Positions 29,069 through 38,717 of a stretch of 64,000 nucleotides of DNA are shown one piece after another. A program made the position numbers and the translations under genes. Origin of the DNA: Nitrosopumilaceae archaeon (GTDB lineage: Archaea > Thermoproteota > Nitrososphaeria > Nitrososphaerales > Nitrosopumilaceae). The notes beneath the pieces were generated by a model. The model saw only the letters and a list, made by a program, of their open reading frames with translations. It was not told the origin of the DNA and did no database searches. Each line of letters begins with the position of its first letter. Positions within the stretch are counted from its first letter, which is position 1. The DNA lies in the NCBI GenBank assembly GCA_965203465.1, contig CBDBCR010000001.1:576001-640000 (forward strand), written 5' to 3'.

Positions 29069-30853
29069 GTGTCACACCGGGTAGCCGTGCTGGACAGGGA
29101 CGCCTGCCAGCCCAGAAAGTGCGGGCTGGAATGCGTAAAGTACTGCCCCGTCAACAAGTCCGGGGCCGACTGCGTCGCGATAGACGAGCAGACCGGCAAG
29201 GCCCGCATAGACGAGAACATATGCAACGGCTGCGGCATCTGCGTCAAGGTCTGCCCCTTCGAGGCCATAACCGTGGTGAACCTGGCCTCCGAGACGGGCA
29301 GGGACAAGGTCCACCAGTACGGCCGCAACTCGTTCCGGCTGTACAGGCTGCCGGCTCCCAAAAAGGGCCAGGTGGTCGGGCTGCTGGGCAGGAACGGCAT
29401 GGGCAAGAGCACCATCGTGGGGATACTGTCGGGCAGCATCGTGCCCAACCTGGGCAGGTACGAAGATCCACCCGGCTGGGACGGGGTGCTGGACCACTAC
29501 GCGGGCACCGAGCTAAAGGCCCACTTTGAGTCCGTGCTAGGCGGCGCGGCCGTCTCCATAAAGCCCCAGCAGGTCTACGACGTGGCGCGCGCCTTCGACG
29601 GCACCGGGGCCGAGCTGCTCGCAAAGTACGGCGGCCCGGAGCGCGCCGGGCGCGTCTCGGGCCAGCTGGGGCTGGAGCCCGCGCTGGGGCGCAGGACCGA
29701 TCAGATGAGCGGCGGCGAGCTGCAGAGGCTCTCGGTGGCCGTGGCCGCCTCGCGGGAGGCGGACCTGTACTTTTTCGACGAGCCGTCCTCGTACAACGAC
29801 GTGTTCCAGAGGCTGGCTGTGGCGCGCGTCATACGCTCGCTGGCGGCCGAGGGAAAGAGCGTGATGGTGGTGGAGCACGACCTGACGCTGCTGGACTACC
29901 TGAGCGACCACATCGACGTGCTCTACGGAGAGCCGTCGGCGTACGGCATCGCCTCTGGCGTGCTGTCCACAAAGGTGGGCATCAACGTGTTTCTGGACGG
30001 GTACCTGCCGTCGGAGAACGTGCGGTTCCGCGACAAGGCGTTTGCCATGGACGCCTCTGCCTCGTCGGCCGACGAGTTCCAGGAGGGCAGCGGGGTGCTG
30101 TCGTACCCGGGCTTTTCAAAGCGCCACGACGGCTTCGAGCTGGAAGTCGAAGCGGGCACCGTCCACCGCGGCGAGGTGGTCGGGATGATGGGGGCCAACT
30201 CGCTCGGCAAGACCACGATGATGAAGATAATGGCGGGCGAGCAGAAACCCGACTCGGGCGGGGCCCCCTCCAAGACGAGCATATCGTACAAGCCGCAGTA
30301 CCTGCGCTCGGACTCCGAGGCCGGCGTGCTCGCCGTGCTCGATTCGGCTTGCGGCTCGCAGCTGGAAGGCAGCATGGAAGAGGAGCAGATCGCCGTGCCG
30401 CTGCGCGTCCAGAAACTCTACTCGCGCAGGGTGAGCCAGCTCTCCGGGGGCGAGCTGCAAAAGGTGGCCATAACGGCCTGCCTGCTGCGCAAGGCGGACC
30501 TGTACGCGCTCGACGAGCCGTCGGCGTTCCTGGACGTAGAGGACCGCATCGCCGTCGCAAAGTTCGTCCAAAAATTCGCAAGGTCGTTCGGCAAGTCCGC
30601 CCTTGTCATAGACCACGACCTGCAGCTCATGGACCTGGTCTCGGACACGGTCGTCGTGTTCGAAGGCGAGCCTGGCAGGCGCGGCAGGGCAGCTGCCCCC
30701 GCGCCCAAGGCCGAGGCCATGAACAGGTTTCTGGGCTCGCTTGGCATATCGTTCCGCCGCGACGAGCGCTCCATGCGGCCGCGCGTCAACAAGCAGGACA
30801 GCAGGCTGGACAAGGAGCAAAAGATGGCAGGCAATTTTTATTACTCGCGCTGA
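29069..30853 (+). CDS. rli: ABCE1/RLI ribosome recycling ATPase
   Basis: N-terminal two-cluster Fe-S Cys motifs, two ABC domains, FRRD...RPRVNK. Confidence 0.97.
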   Translation: MSHRVAVLDRDACQPRKCGLECVKYCPVNKSGADCVAIDEQTGKARIDENICNGCGICVKVCPFEAITVVNLASETGRDKVHQYGRNSFRLYRLPAPKKGQVVGLLGRNGMGKSTIVGILSGSIVPNLGRYEDPPGWDGVLDHYAGTELKAHFESVLGGAAVSIKPQQVYDVARAFDGTGAELLAKYGGPERAGRVSGQLGLEPALGRRTDQMSGGELQRLSVAVAASREADLYFFDEPSSYNDVFQRLAVARVIRSLAAEGKSVMVVEHDLTLLDYLSDHIDVLYGEPSAYGIASGVLSTKVGINVFLDGYLPSENVRFRDKAFAMDASASSADEFQEGSGVLSYPGFSKRHDGFELEVEAGTVHRGEVVGMMGANSLGKTTMMKIMAGEQKPDSGGAPSKTSISYKPQYLRSDSEAGVLAVLDSACGSQLEGSMEEEQIAVPLRVQKLYSRRVSQLSGGELQKVAITACLLRKADLYALDEPSAFLDVEDRIAVAKFVQKFARSFGKSALVIDHDLQLMDLVSDTVVVFEGEPGRRGRAAAPAPKAEAMNRFLGSLGISFRRDERSMRPRVNKQDSRLDKEQKMAGNFYYSR

Positions 30854-30864
30854 GCACCGCCTCC

Positions 30865-31233
30865 GTGGACGCCCTGATGGAGGCCGCAAAGGCCGCCTCG
30901 GCGCTGGCGCGCTGCCCGTATTCGGGCTTCGCAGTCGGCTCGGCGGCGCTCGACTCGGAGGGCCGCGTGTACTCTGGCTGCAACGTGGAAAACGCGGCCT
31001 ACGGCTCGAGCATGTGCGCCGAGCGCGTGGCGCTGTTCAAGGCGGTCTCGGAGGGCTGCGGCCGGATAGTGCGGATGGCAGTGTACGCGCCCGGCGGCGC
31101 CGCGCCGTGCGGGGCCTGCAGGCAGGTCATCTCCGAGCTTGCCCCCGGCGCCCGGATAGCGGTGCACGGCCGGCCCGAGCTTCCCGCCGAGTCGCTGCTG
31201 CCCGGGCCGTTCGGGCCCGGCTCGCTGCCCTGA
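30865..31233 (+). CDS. cdd: Cytidine deaminase
   Basis: PYSGF.VG, GCNVENAAY, CAER, PCGACRQ; start could be CTG 30850, GTG 30865 or ATG 30877. Confidence 0.92.
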   Translation: MDALMEAAKAASALARCPYSGFAVGSAALDSEGRVYSGCNVENAAYGSSMCAERVALFKAVSEGCGRIVRMAVYAPGGAAPCGACRQVISELAPGARIAVHGRPELPAESLLPGPFGPGSLP

Positions 31234-31282
31234 GGCGATCATGTTATACCCGTCCGGGTACCCACGCGCGCCGTTGGCCGGC

Positions 31283-32104
31283 ATGCTGAAGCGCGAGCTG
31301 GCGGGCGTGCTGCCCGCATCCGAGCTTGCCATGATGTGGTCTGCGTTCGACCAGGTGGGGGACATCATCATAGTCCGGATACCGGACGGGCTGTCGCACA
31401 GGAAATCCCTGATAGGAGAGACGCTGCTGGAGCGCTCGGGCCCGGCGCGGTCGGTCTTTGCCCAGTCCTCGCCGGTCGGCGGCGAGCACCGCACGCGCGG
31501 GCTGGAGCTGCTCGCCGGCGAGGACCGCACCCTGACCGAGCACACGGAGAACGGGTGCAGGCTGCTGGTGGACGTCGAAAAGGCGTTCTTTTCCCCGCGC
31601 CTCTCGACCGAGCGCATGCGGATAGCCGAGGCGTGCTCGGACGGCGAGACGGTGGTGAACATGTTCGGCGGCGTCGGCGCGTTCTCGCTGGCCATAGCGC
31701 GGGCGAGAAAGTGCACCGTCTACAGCATCGACGTCAACGCCGAGGCGGCCAGGCTGTGCGCGGCCAACGCGAGGAGGAACAAACTGAAGGGGCGCGTGAT
31801 CTCGGTGGCGGGCGACGCGGCGTCCGCCACCTGGGGCATGGACAACATCTCGTCGCGCACGCTCATGGTGCTGCCCGAAAGGTCGGCCGAGTTCCTGCCC
31901 GACGCCCTGCGGGTGTCGGCGCCCGGGGGCATCGTGCACTATTACGCGCACACGCACTCTTACAAAAAGTCCGGCGCCACGAGCGCGGCGCGGGAAAACC
32001 TCGCGGCCGCCTGCCCCGGCAGGCTCGACGTCCTCGGGGCCCGCAGGGTCAGGACCGTCGGGCCCGGATACCACCAGACGGTCGTGGACGCGCGCGTGCG
32101 CTAG
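31283..32104 (+). CDS. Trm5/TYW2 (Met-10+) family SAM-dependent tRNA-modifying transferase
   Basis: FDQVGDI, FFSPRLSTER, NMFGGVGAF, NARRNK. Confidence 0.88.
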   Translation: MLKRELAGVLPASELAMMWSAFDQVGDIIIVRIPDGLSHRKSLIGETLLERSGPARSVFAQSSPVGGEHRTRGLELLAGEDRTLTEHTENGCRLLVDVEKAFFSPRLSTERMRIAEACSDGETVVNMFGGVGAFSLAIARARKCTVYSIDVNAEAARLCAANARRNKLKGRVISVAGDAASATWGMDNISSRTLMVLPERSAEFLPDALRVSAPGGIVHYYAHTHSYKKSGATSAARENLAAACPGRLDVLGARRVRTVGPGYHQTVVDARVR

Positions 32105-32319
32105 CCGTCCGGCTCTGCCGACGCGGGCGACCTCTTGGTGGTGGCCATCGTGTACCCCGTCCAGGCGACGGTCCCGAGCACGGCGCCGACTATCATCAGA
32201 ACCGACAGCTCTAGGACCACCGGGCCCCACTCGGAGACCATGACGAGGTAGGCGTACGCGAAAAAGGCCGGTATGCAGAGGCAGAATATCAGCACGCCGA
32301 GGGCCCTGCGCCTTTCCAC
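32101..32319 (-). CDS. Small two-TM membrane protein
   Basis: Two hydrophobic helices ending in WTGYTMATT. Confidence 0.75.
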   Translation of the reverse strand: MERRRALGVLIFCLCIPAFFAYAYLVMVSEWGPVVLELSVLMIVGAVLGTVAWTGYTMATTKRSPASAEPDG

Positions 32320-32349
32320 CGCCGTGCCCGCCCCCCGGCGCTTATAATC

Positions 32350-32859
32350 CTAGGCGCGATCCAGCTCCGCGGACATGAGGTATGCGTCCTCGCCGTCGCG
32401 GTAGTACGAGTGCAGGCGCTGCCTGGAACTGAAGCCGAGCGCGCCGTACAGCTTTATGGCGCCGGCGTTGCTGCAGCGCACCTCTAGGTAAAACTCGTCG
32501 CACGAGCGTATCCGGGCGCCGGTCACGGCCTCTTCGACGAGCGCCTTGCCCATGCCCCGCCCGCGGAACTCCGGCAGGACCGCCACCGAGACCATGTGGC
32601 CCTTTTTTACGAAGCCGAGTTTCTTAAAGTTGGAAAACCCGAACTCGGTCTTGCACATGATGTACCCGGCGCACCTTCCGCCGGCCTCTGCGACCAGGAA
32701 CGCCTCGGGCATCTCGGCGAGCAGGCTCTGGTAAAAGTAGTCCGTATAGTGCTCGGGCAGCGTCTTTAGGTTTATCTCCATGGCCGGTATCAGGTCTTCG
32801 GGCCCGGCGCGCCGGACGACGCACCCGTCCATCTGGCGCAGGATCTGCCTCTTTGTCAT
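32350..32859 (-). CDS. rimI: RimI/Ard1-family N-terminal acetyltransferase
   Basis: LPEHY, GHMVSVAV..RGRGMG, LEVRCSN, YYRDGEDAY. Confidence 0.92.
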   Translation of the reverse strand: MTKRQILRQMDGCVVRRAGPEDLIPAMEINLKTLPEHYTDYFYQSLLAEMPEAFLVAEAGGRCAGYIMCKTEFGFSNFKKLGFVKKGHMVSVAVLPEFRGRGMGKALVEEAVTGARIRSCDEFYLEVRCSNAGAIKLYGALGFSSRQRLHSYYRDGEDAYLMSAELDRA

Positions 32860-33038
32860 CAAGGCGCGGGCAGCTCCGGAGAAATTATCAATATGCGGGG
32901 GCCGCGCGCTAGGATATATGTGAGTTTTGAGCCGGGGCGCCCGGCAATGTGCTGCGTGGAGGCGACCCCGTCGGGCCCGGCGACTTTGAGTCAGCCGGGG
33001 GCATGGACGCACAAGATTGCACCGGGCGGGCCGAGATC

Positions 33039-34019
33039 ATGAAGGGCGTGATACTGCACGCGGGCAGCGGCACGCGCCTGCGCCCGCTCACGCGCGCGTG
33101 CCCAAAGCAGCTGCTGCCCGTGGCCAACAAGCCCATGTCCCAGTACGCGCTGGAGGACTTGCGCGAGGCGGGCATAACGCAGATAGCCGTGGTGGTCGAT
33201 GCCGCCCACCGCGGCAGGGTGTCGGGGTACTACGGGGACGGCTCGGGCTTTGGCGTCTCGATAACCTACGTGGAGCAGGACGCGCCGCGGGGCATATCGC
33301 ACGCCATAGGCCTGTGCCGGGAGTTCGTGGGCCGCGACAGGTTCGTAGCGTACCTGGGCGACAACATGATGCAGGGGGGCCTGCGCGCCCACGCCGAGGG
33401 GTTCGGCTCGGAGGCGATGGCGCTGCTCTGCCCCGTGGCCGATCCGTCGCGCTTCGGGATAGCGGAGCTGGACGCCGGCGGGGCCGTGCGCAGAATAACC
33501 GAAAAGCCCGAGGATCCGGCGTCCAACCTGGCAGTGATCGGGGTGTATTTCCTGAGCCCGTCCATATTCGACGTCATAGGCTCGCTGGAGCCGTCCGGCA
33601 GGGGCGAGCTGGAGATAACCGACGCCCTGCAGATCGTGCTCGATTCGGGGGGGCTGGAGCACCGCGTGGTGCGGGGCTGGTGGAAGGACGCCGGTACCCC
33701 GGAGGACATGCTGGAGGCAAACAGGCTCGCGCTCGGCGCGCGGGCGCGCGCGGGCGGCTCTTGCCTGATGCGCAAGACGCGGCTGGACGGGCCGGCGCTG
33801 GTGGGCGAGGGCTGCACCGTGGATCACTCCAAGCTCGGACCCAACGTCTCGGTGGGCGAGGGATGCACCGTCAGGGGCTGCGCCGTGCGCGATTCCATAA
33901 TCATGCCCGGCTGCGTGCTCGAATCGGGCACCATATCGGGCAGCATAATCGGGGCCGGCTCGCGCGTGCGCGGCGACCTAGAGGGCGCGCTGCTGGCAGA
34001 AGGGTCGGTCCGGGAGTGA
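33039..34019 (+). CDS. Glucose-1-phosphate thymidylyltransferase (long archaeal type)
   Basis: AGSGTRLRPLT..PKQL, YLGDN, EKP, RGELEITD, C-terminal hexapeptide repeats. Confidence 0.92.
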   Translation: MKGVILHAGSGTRLRPLTRACPKQLLPVANKPMSQYALEDLREAGITQIAVVVDAAHRGRVSGYYGDGSGFGVSITYVEQDAPRGISHAIGLCREFVGRDRFVAYLGDNMMQGGLRAHAEGFGSEAMALLCPVADPSRFGIAELDAGGAVRRITEKPEDPASNLAVIGVYFLSPSIFDVIGSLEPSGRGELEITDALQIVLDSGGLEHRVVRGWWKDAGTPEDMLEANRLALGARARAGGSCLMRKTRLDGPALVGEGCTVDHSKLGPNVSVGEGCTVRGCAVRDSIIMPGCVLESGTISGSIIGAGSRVRGDLEGALLAEGSVRE

Positions 34020-34085
34020 GCCGCCCGCGGCGCTAGGTTATATTGGACGCGGGGAAAACCGCGGCATGGGCGGGGCTGGGCGGCG

Positions 34086-34829
34086 GTGATATTCATACTG
34101 GGCGGCTCGGGGTTCGTCGGCTCTGCGTTCGCCCGGTTCTGCGACGCGGAGGGGCTGGACCACGAGGTCGTCACGCGCTCCAACTACGCCCGGCACGCCG
34201 GCAGGCGGTGCGAGACGCTCGTCGCGGCCCACGGCAACTCGAGCAAGCTGCTCGGGCGCCGGGACCCGGTGGCGGACTTTGAGCGCACCGTCTCTGCGGT
34301 CAAGAAGAGCCTGGCCGACTTTGGCTTTTCCCGGTACGTCCTCACCTCTTCGTGCGACGTGTACCCCGACTGCTCCTCGCCCGGGGCCACCGGCGAGGGC
34401 TCGGTGCCGCCGGCAGCGCGGCACCCGTACGGCTTCCACAAGCACCTGGCCGAGCAGTGCGCCCTGCACGCGTGCCCCGGCGCGCTGGTGCTGCGCCTCG
34501 GGGGGATGGTGGGGCCGGGCCTGAAGAAAAACCCCGTCTACGACATACTGCGCGGGGGGCCGCTCTGGATATCGCCGGACAGCCGGCTGCAGTACATGCA
34601 CACCGACGACGTGGCCCGCATCGCGATGGGGCTGGAGGGGGGCACGTACAACCTGTGCGGGTCGGGCACCGTCCGCGTAGGGGACCTGCCCGGCGCGGAG
34701 GGCGTGGAGGTGGCAGACGGCGCGCCGCGCGTGACATACGACGTCGACGTGAGCAAGATATCTGCCGAGGCCCGCCTGCCCCGATCCGAAAGGGCGGTGC
34801 GAGAGTTCATGCGCGAGCCTGGCGTATAA
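34086..34829 (+). CDS. NAD-dependent epimerase/dehydratase
   Basis: GGSGFVG, SSCDVY, YGFHK catalytic YxxxK. Confidence 0.88.
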   Translation: MIFILGGSGFVGSAFARFCDAEGLDHEVVTRSNYARHAGRRCETLVAAHGNSSKLLGRRDPVADFERTVSAVKKSLADFGFSRYVLTSSCDVYPDCSSPGATGEGSVPPAARHPYGFHKHLAEQCALHACPGALVLRLGGMVGPGLKKNPVYDILRGGPLWISPDSRLQYMHTDDVARIAMGLEGGTYNLCGSGTVRVGDLPGAEGVEVADGAPRVTYDVDVSKISAEARLPRSERAVREFMREPGV

Positions 34830-34868
34830 ACTTTAAATGATACAATACCTGTCGAAGAATCCGGGCCG

Positions 34869-35411
34869 TCATCCGGGCTCCGGGCCGCCGCGGAACGATC
34901 CGCCGCCTATCATCCCGACGAGAGCTTTCACGGCCTCGTCGGGGGTCGGCGCGCCGACTATCCGGGCGCGCTTCCTGTGGTCCAGGTGCTTTCCTGCGTA
35001 CGCGTCGGCGACGCCTCCGGTGCCCAGCACCGCGACCGTCGGCTTGCCGTGCATGTACGCGGCGCACGCCTCCGAGAGCGTGCCGACCCCGCCCCCGACT
35101 ATCACCAGGCCGTCGGCGGCCAGGGCGTTGAGAAAGTCGCGCGTCATGCCCATGCCGCTTGGCACCACCACCTGGCAGTACCGGTTGGCCGAGGCCGCGT
35201 CGTCCTGCGGTATTATCCCAACCGTCAGGCCGCCCGCCTCCGAGGCGCCCCTGCACGCCTCCTCCATGACGCCGCCGAGGCCGCCGGTGATCAGCACCGA
35301 GCCGGATTCGGCGACGCACCTGCCCACCCGGTAGGCTATCCGGCCGTGCTCGGGCAGAAACCCGTCCTCGCTGTAGCCGATCACGGCTATCTGCCGGTAC
35401 CTTGCAGGCAC
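34869..35411 (-). CDS. LOG/TIGR00725 family protein
   Basis: ITGGLGGVMEE, GIIP, GGGVGTLSE. Confidence 0.88.
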   Translation of the reverse strand: MPARYRQIAVIGYSEDGFLPEHGRIAYRVGRCVAESGSVLITGGLGGVMEEACRGASEAGGLTVGIIPQDDAASANRYCQVVVPSGMGMTRDFLNALAADGLVIVGGGVGTLSEACAAYMHGKPTVAVLGTGGVADAYAGKHLDHRKRARIVGAPTPDEAVKALVGMIGGGSFRGGPEPG

Positions 35412-35533
35412 GGGGGGCCTCGGCCGGGCGGGCCTAAAACCCTACCGGCCGCTGAATTTTGCAGGCGCAAAATTTAAGCGGCGCTAAACTTCATATTAGA
35501 ACCGGTTATCTAGCATCCGTGGCCGGCCAACCC

Positions 35534-36736
35534 GTGGCAAGGACGTTCCTAAGGTGCAGGGAGTGCGGCAAAGAGCGCGAGGCGGACTTTCTGTACGTGT
35601 GCGACGAGTGCTTTGGGCCCCTGGACGTAAAGTACCGCTTTCCGAGCGTCTCGAGGGGGTCGTTTGAGGGCAGGGAGCAGACCTACTGGAGGTACTTTGA
35701 GATGCTGCCCATCGAGGACAAAAAGAACATCGTCAGCATAGACGCGGGCATGACCCCGCTGGTAAAGGCCGAAAAGCTGGGCGCCGAGCTGGGCCTGGAC
35801 AACCTGTACGTCAAGAACGATTCGGTAAACCCGACCTTTTCGTTCAAGGACAGGCCGGCCGGCGTGGCCGTCTCGAAGGCGCGCGAGTTCGGCCTCGGCG
35901 CAGTGGGCTGCGCATCGACCGGGAACTTGGCCTCGGCCACCGCCGCGCACGCCGCGCGCGCGGGGCTGGAGTGCCACGTGTACGCCCCGGGCGACATCGA
36001 GATGGCAAAGATCGCGCAGGCCCTCTCGTACGGGGCCAACTTCGTGGCCGTCGACGGCACCTACGACGACGCCAACAGGATGGCCGCGCAAAAAGGGGAC
36101 CGCCTGGGGCACGGCATCGTAAACATCAACATGCGCTCGTACTACGTGGAGGGCTCCAAGACGCTGGCCTACGAGGCGGCCGAGCAGCTCGGCTGGAGCG
36201 TGCCGGACCGGATAGTGGTGCCGGTGGGCAGCGGCGCCATGCTCAATTCCATATGCAAGGGGTTCGAAGAGCTCGAAGAGCTGTCGCTTACCGGCACCGC
36301 GAAGGGCATGCGGGTGGCAGCGGCCCAGCCGCGCGGGTGCGCGCCGATAGTAAAGGCGTACGAGGCCGGCGAGGCGCGCGTGCGGCCCGTCGAAAAGCCG
36401 CGGACCGTGGCAAAGAGCCTGGCCATCGGGGATCCGGGCGACGGCGCGTACGTGCTGCGCCGCCTCGAGCAGTACCGGGGCACGGCGCGCGAGGCGGGCG
36501 ACCGCGAGATACTCGAGGCCATACTGCTCCTTGCGCGCACCGAGGGGATATTCACCGAGCCGGCCGGCGGGGTCTCGGTGGCCGTGCTGCGCAGGATGGC
36601 CGAGCAGAACCTCATAGGCAGGGACGAAAAGGTCGTCTGCTACGTGACCGGCAACGGGCTAAAGGCGACCGGACCGCTCATGGACGTGCTGGAAAAGCCG
36701 CGCCTGGTGCGGCCCGACGCGGGGGTGGCCGCATGA
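35534..36736 (+). CDS. thrC: Threonine synthase-family PLP enzyme
   Basis: N-terminal zinc ribbon, NPTFSFKDR (PLP lysine), ASTGN, PVGSG, EGIFTEP, TGNGLK. Confidence 0.88.
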   Translation: MARTFLRCRECGKEREADFLYVCDECFGPLDVKYRFPSVSRGSFEGREQTYWRYFEMLPIEDKKNIVSIDAGMTPLVKAEKLGAELGLDNLYVKNDSVNPTFSFKDRPAGVAVSKAREFGLGAVGCASTGNLASATAAHAARAGLECHVYAPGDIEMAKIAQALSYGANFVAVDGTYDDANRMAAQKGDRLGHGIVNINMRSYYVEGSKTLAYEAAEQLGWSVPDRIVVPVGSGAMLNSICKGFEELEELSLTGTAKGMRVAAAQPRGCAPIVKAYEAGEARVRPVEKPRTVAKSLAIGDPGDGAYVLRRLEQYRGTAREAGDREILEAILLLARTEGIFTEPAGGVSVAVLRRMAEQNLIGRDEKVVCYVTGNGLKATGPLMDVLEKPRLVRPDAGVAA

Positions 36737-38061
36737 GCAAGATAGCTTTCGTGGTGCCGTCGGTCCTCAACAAGGGCGGCGGCGAAAGGAGGCTGGAGCT
36801 GTCCGCGGCGACCGCCGGCGAGGCGTTCGCAAAGGCGGCAGAGCAGATGGGCGATGACTTTGCCAGGCGCGTGCTCGAGCCGGACGGCTCGCCGCGCTCG
36901 CTGATAAACGTGTACATCAACGGCAAGAACGCCGACTTTGCCGGGGGCGCAGAGGCGCCCCTCTCGGACGGCGACGAGCTGTACATACTGCCCGCCGTCG
37001 CGGGCGGCTCGCTCTCAGAGGCCGAGCTGGACAGGTTCTCGAGGCAGGTGATGCTCGAAGAGATCGGCTACGGGGGGCAGCTGAAACTGAAAAACGCGCG
37101 CGCCTGCATCGTGGGCGCCGGCGGCCTGGGCAACCCGATAGCCGAGCGCCTGGCCGCGATGGGCATAGGGGCCATCCGGCTGGTGGACCGCGACGTAATC
37201 GAGACGTCCAACCTGCACAGGCAGACGCTGTACGACGACGCCGACGTGGGGCAGGTAAAGGTCGAGGCCGCCGCGCGCAAGCTGGCCCGGCTGGGCCCCT
37301 CGTGCAGGCTCGAGGCGCTGGCCATGTCCGTAAACGAGTACACCGCCCCCGAGGCGGTCTCCGGGTGCGACGTGGTCATCGACGCGCTCGACAGCGTCGA
37401 TGCCCGCTACGCGCTCAACAGGGCCTGCGCGGAGGCCAAGATACCGTTCGTGACGGGGGCCGCCGTCGGGGTCTCGGGGCAGGCCTTTACTGTGCTGCCC
37501 GGCGAATCGGCGTGCTACCACTGCATGTTCCCGTCGCTGGACGAGGAAAAGATGCCCACCTGCAGCATAGAGGGAGTCCACCCTTCCGTGCTTTCCGTGA
37601 TCGGGGGCATAGAGGTGGCCGAGGCGGTGCGCGTGATACTGGGGCAGCGGCCCGCGCTGGCCGGCAGCATGCTGCACGTCAACATATCCACGATGGACTT
37701 TGAAAAGGTGCGCACGTTCAGGGCGCAAGAGTGCGCCGTGTGCGGCTCGGGCAAGAGGGCCGAGGCGCCCAAAAAGGATCTCATCGTGGAAGAACTGTGC
37801 GGCAGGGGGCGCGGCAAGAGGACGTTTTCGATCACGCCGACCGGCCCGTTCAGGCTGGACGCGGGCTCGGTGGCCGCTGCCGCCCAGAGGCGCGATCTGG
37901 CCTCCGAAGACATGGGCGAGCTGGGCCTCTCGCTGCGCAACCAGGACTATTCGGTCAGCATCATGAACCGCGGCTCGGCCGTGATCGTGGGCGCGCGCGA
38001 CGAGGACGAGGCCGTCTCGATGTACCGCTCGCTGGTGGGCGGCGCGCCGGGGCCCCGATAG
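36733..38061 (+). CDS. Fused MoaD/ThiS ubiquitin-like domain and ThiF/MoeB E1-like adenylyltransferase
   Basis: ATGA overlap with thrC; Ubl ends at LPAVAGG, then RFSRQ, GAGGLG, SNLHRQ, DALD, CYHC, PTC, CAVC. Confidence 0.9.
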   Translation: MSKIAFVVPSVLNKGGGERRLELSAATAGEAFAKAAEQMGDDFARRVLEPDGSPRSLINVYINGKNADFAGGAEAPLSDGDELYILPAVAGGSLSEAELDRFSRQVMLEEIGYGGQLKLKNARACIVGAGGLGNPIAERLAAMGIGAIRLVDRDVIETSNLHRQTLYDDADVGQVKVEAAARKLARLGPSCRLEALAMSVNEYTAPEAVSGCDVVIDALDSVDARYALNRACAEAKIPFVTGAAVGVSGQAFTVLPGESACYHCMFPSLDEEKMPTCSIEGVHPSVLSVIGGIEVAEAVRVILGQRPALAGSMLHVNISTMDFEKVRTFRAQECAVCGSGKRAEAPKKDLIVEELCGRGRGKRTFSITPTGPFRLDAGSVAAAAQRRDLASEDMGELGLSLRNQDYSVSIMNRGSAVIVGARDEDEAVSMYRSLVGGAPGPR

Positions 38062-38092
38062 GTTAAATACGCGCCGCCCGCGCCGAGGCTCC

Positions 38093-38512
38093 GTGAAGCT
38101 CGTTCTGGCCGCCGCGGTGCTCGGCTTGGCCGCAGCCGCCCAGCCTGCCTGGGCGCAGTCGGACCTGTACGTGCACGTGCAGACGATACTGCGCGACTCC
38201 GACGGCACGCTGATAGCGTACCTGGAATCCTCAAAGTTTACGGATCTCAACCTTGCGTTCATGGACAATTTCCTGGATCTGGAGGCCTCGCGCGAAGCGC
38301 CGGCCATAGTGGACCTGGGGGGGCAGTTCTTCGAGGTGATACGGCGCGTGCAGGTGGTGCCAATAGACACGTACACCGTGGTCGCCAGCACCAACCTGAC
38401 CTACGAAGTCGGCGGGCAGACGCAGCTGCTCGCGCGGTTCGCCCACAACGGGTACCCCACGGTGCCGGGCGACACGCTGGAGTCCATCTGGACGTTCGTG
38501 CGCCCCGCGTAG
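38093..38512 (+). CDS. Secreted hypothetical protein
   Basis: Signal peptide with AWA cleavage site; TTAAATA box upstream. Confidence 0.75.
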   Translation: MKLVLAAAVLGLAAAAQPAWAQSDLYVHVQTILRDSDGTLIAYLESSKFTDLNLAFMDNFLDLEASREAPAIVDLGGQFFEVIRRVQVVPIDTYTVVASTNLTYEVGGQTQLLARFAHNGYPTVPGDTLESIWTFVRPA

Positions 38513-38545
38513 GGAATCTTAGTTGGCGCGCCTGCGCGGGCCGCC

Positions 38546-38710
38546 GTGAACAGGGCCGTAAAGGTGCCCATGTGGCAGCACGCGTGCGAGCGCTGCGGCT
38601 ACCGCTGGACCACGAAAAAGAGGCTGCCGGGCAACTGCGCGCGCTGCAACTCGCCGTACTGGAACAAGGCGAGGCTGCCGACCGGGTGGGTGTACGTGGG
38701 CAAAAAGTGA
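38546..38710 (+). CDS. Zinc-ribbon microprotein (46-54 aa), not in ORF track
   Basis: MWQHACERCGYRWTTKKRLPGNCARCNSPYWNKARLPTGWVYVGKK; start GTG 38546 or ATG 38570. Confidence 0.75.
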   Translation: MNRAVKVPMWQHACERCGYRWTTKKRLPGNCARCNSPYWNKARLPTGWVYVGKK

Positions 38711-38717
38711 CCCGTTT

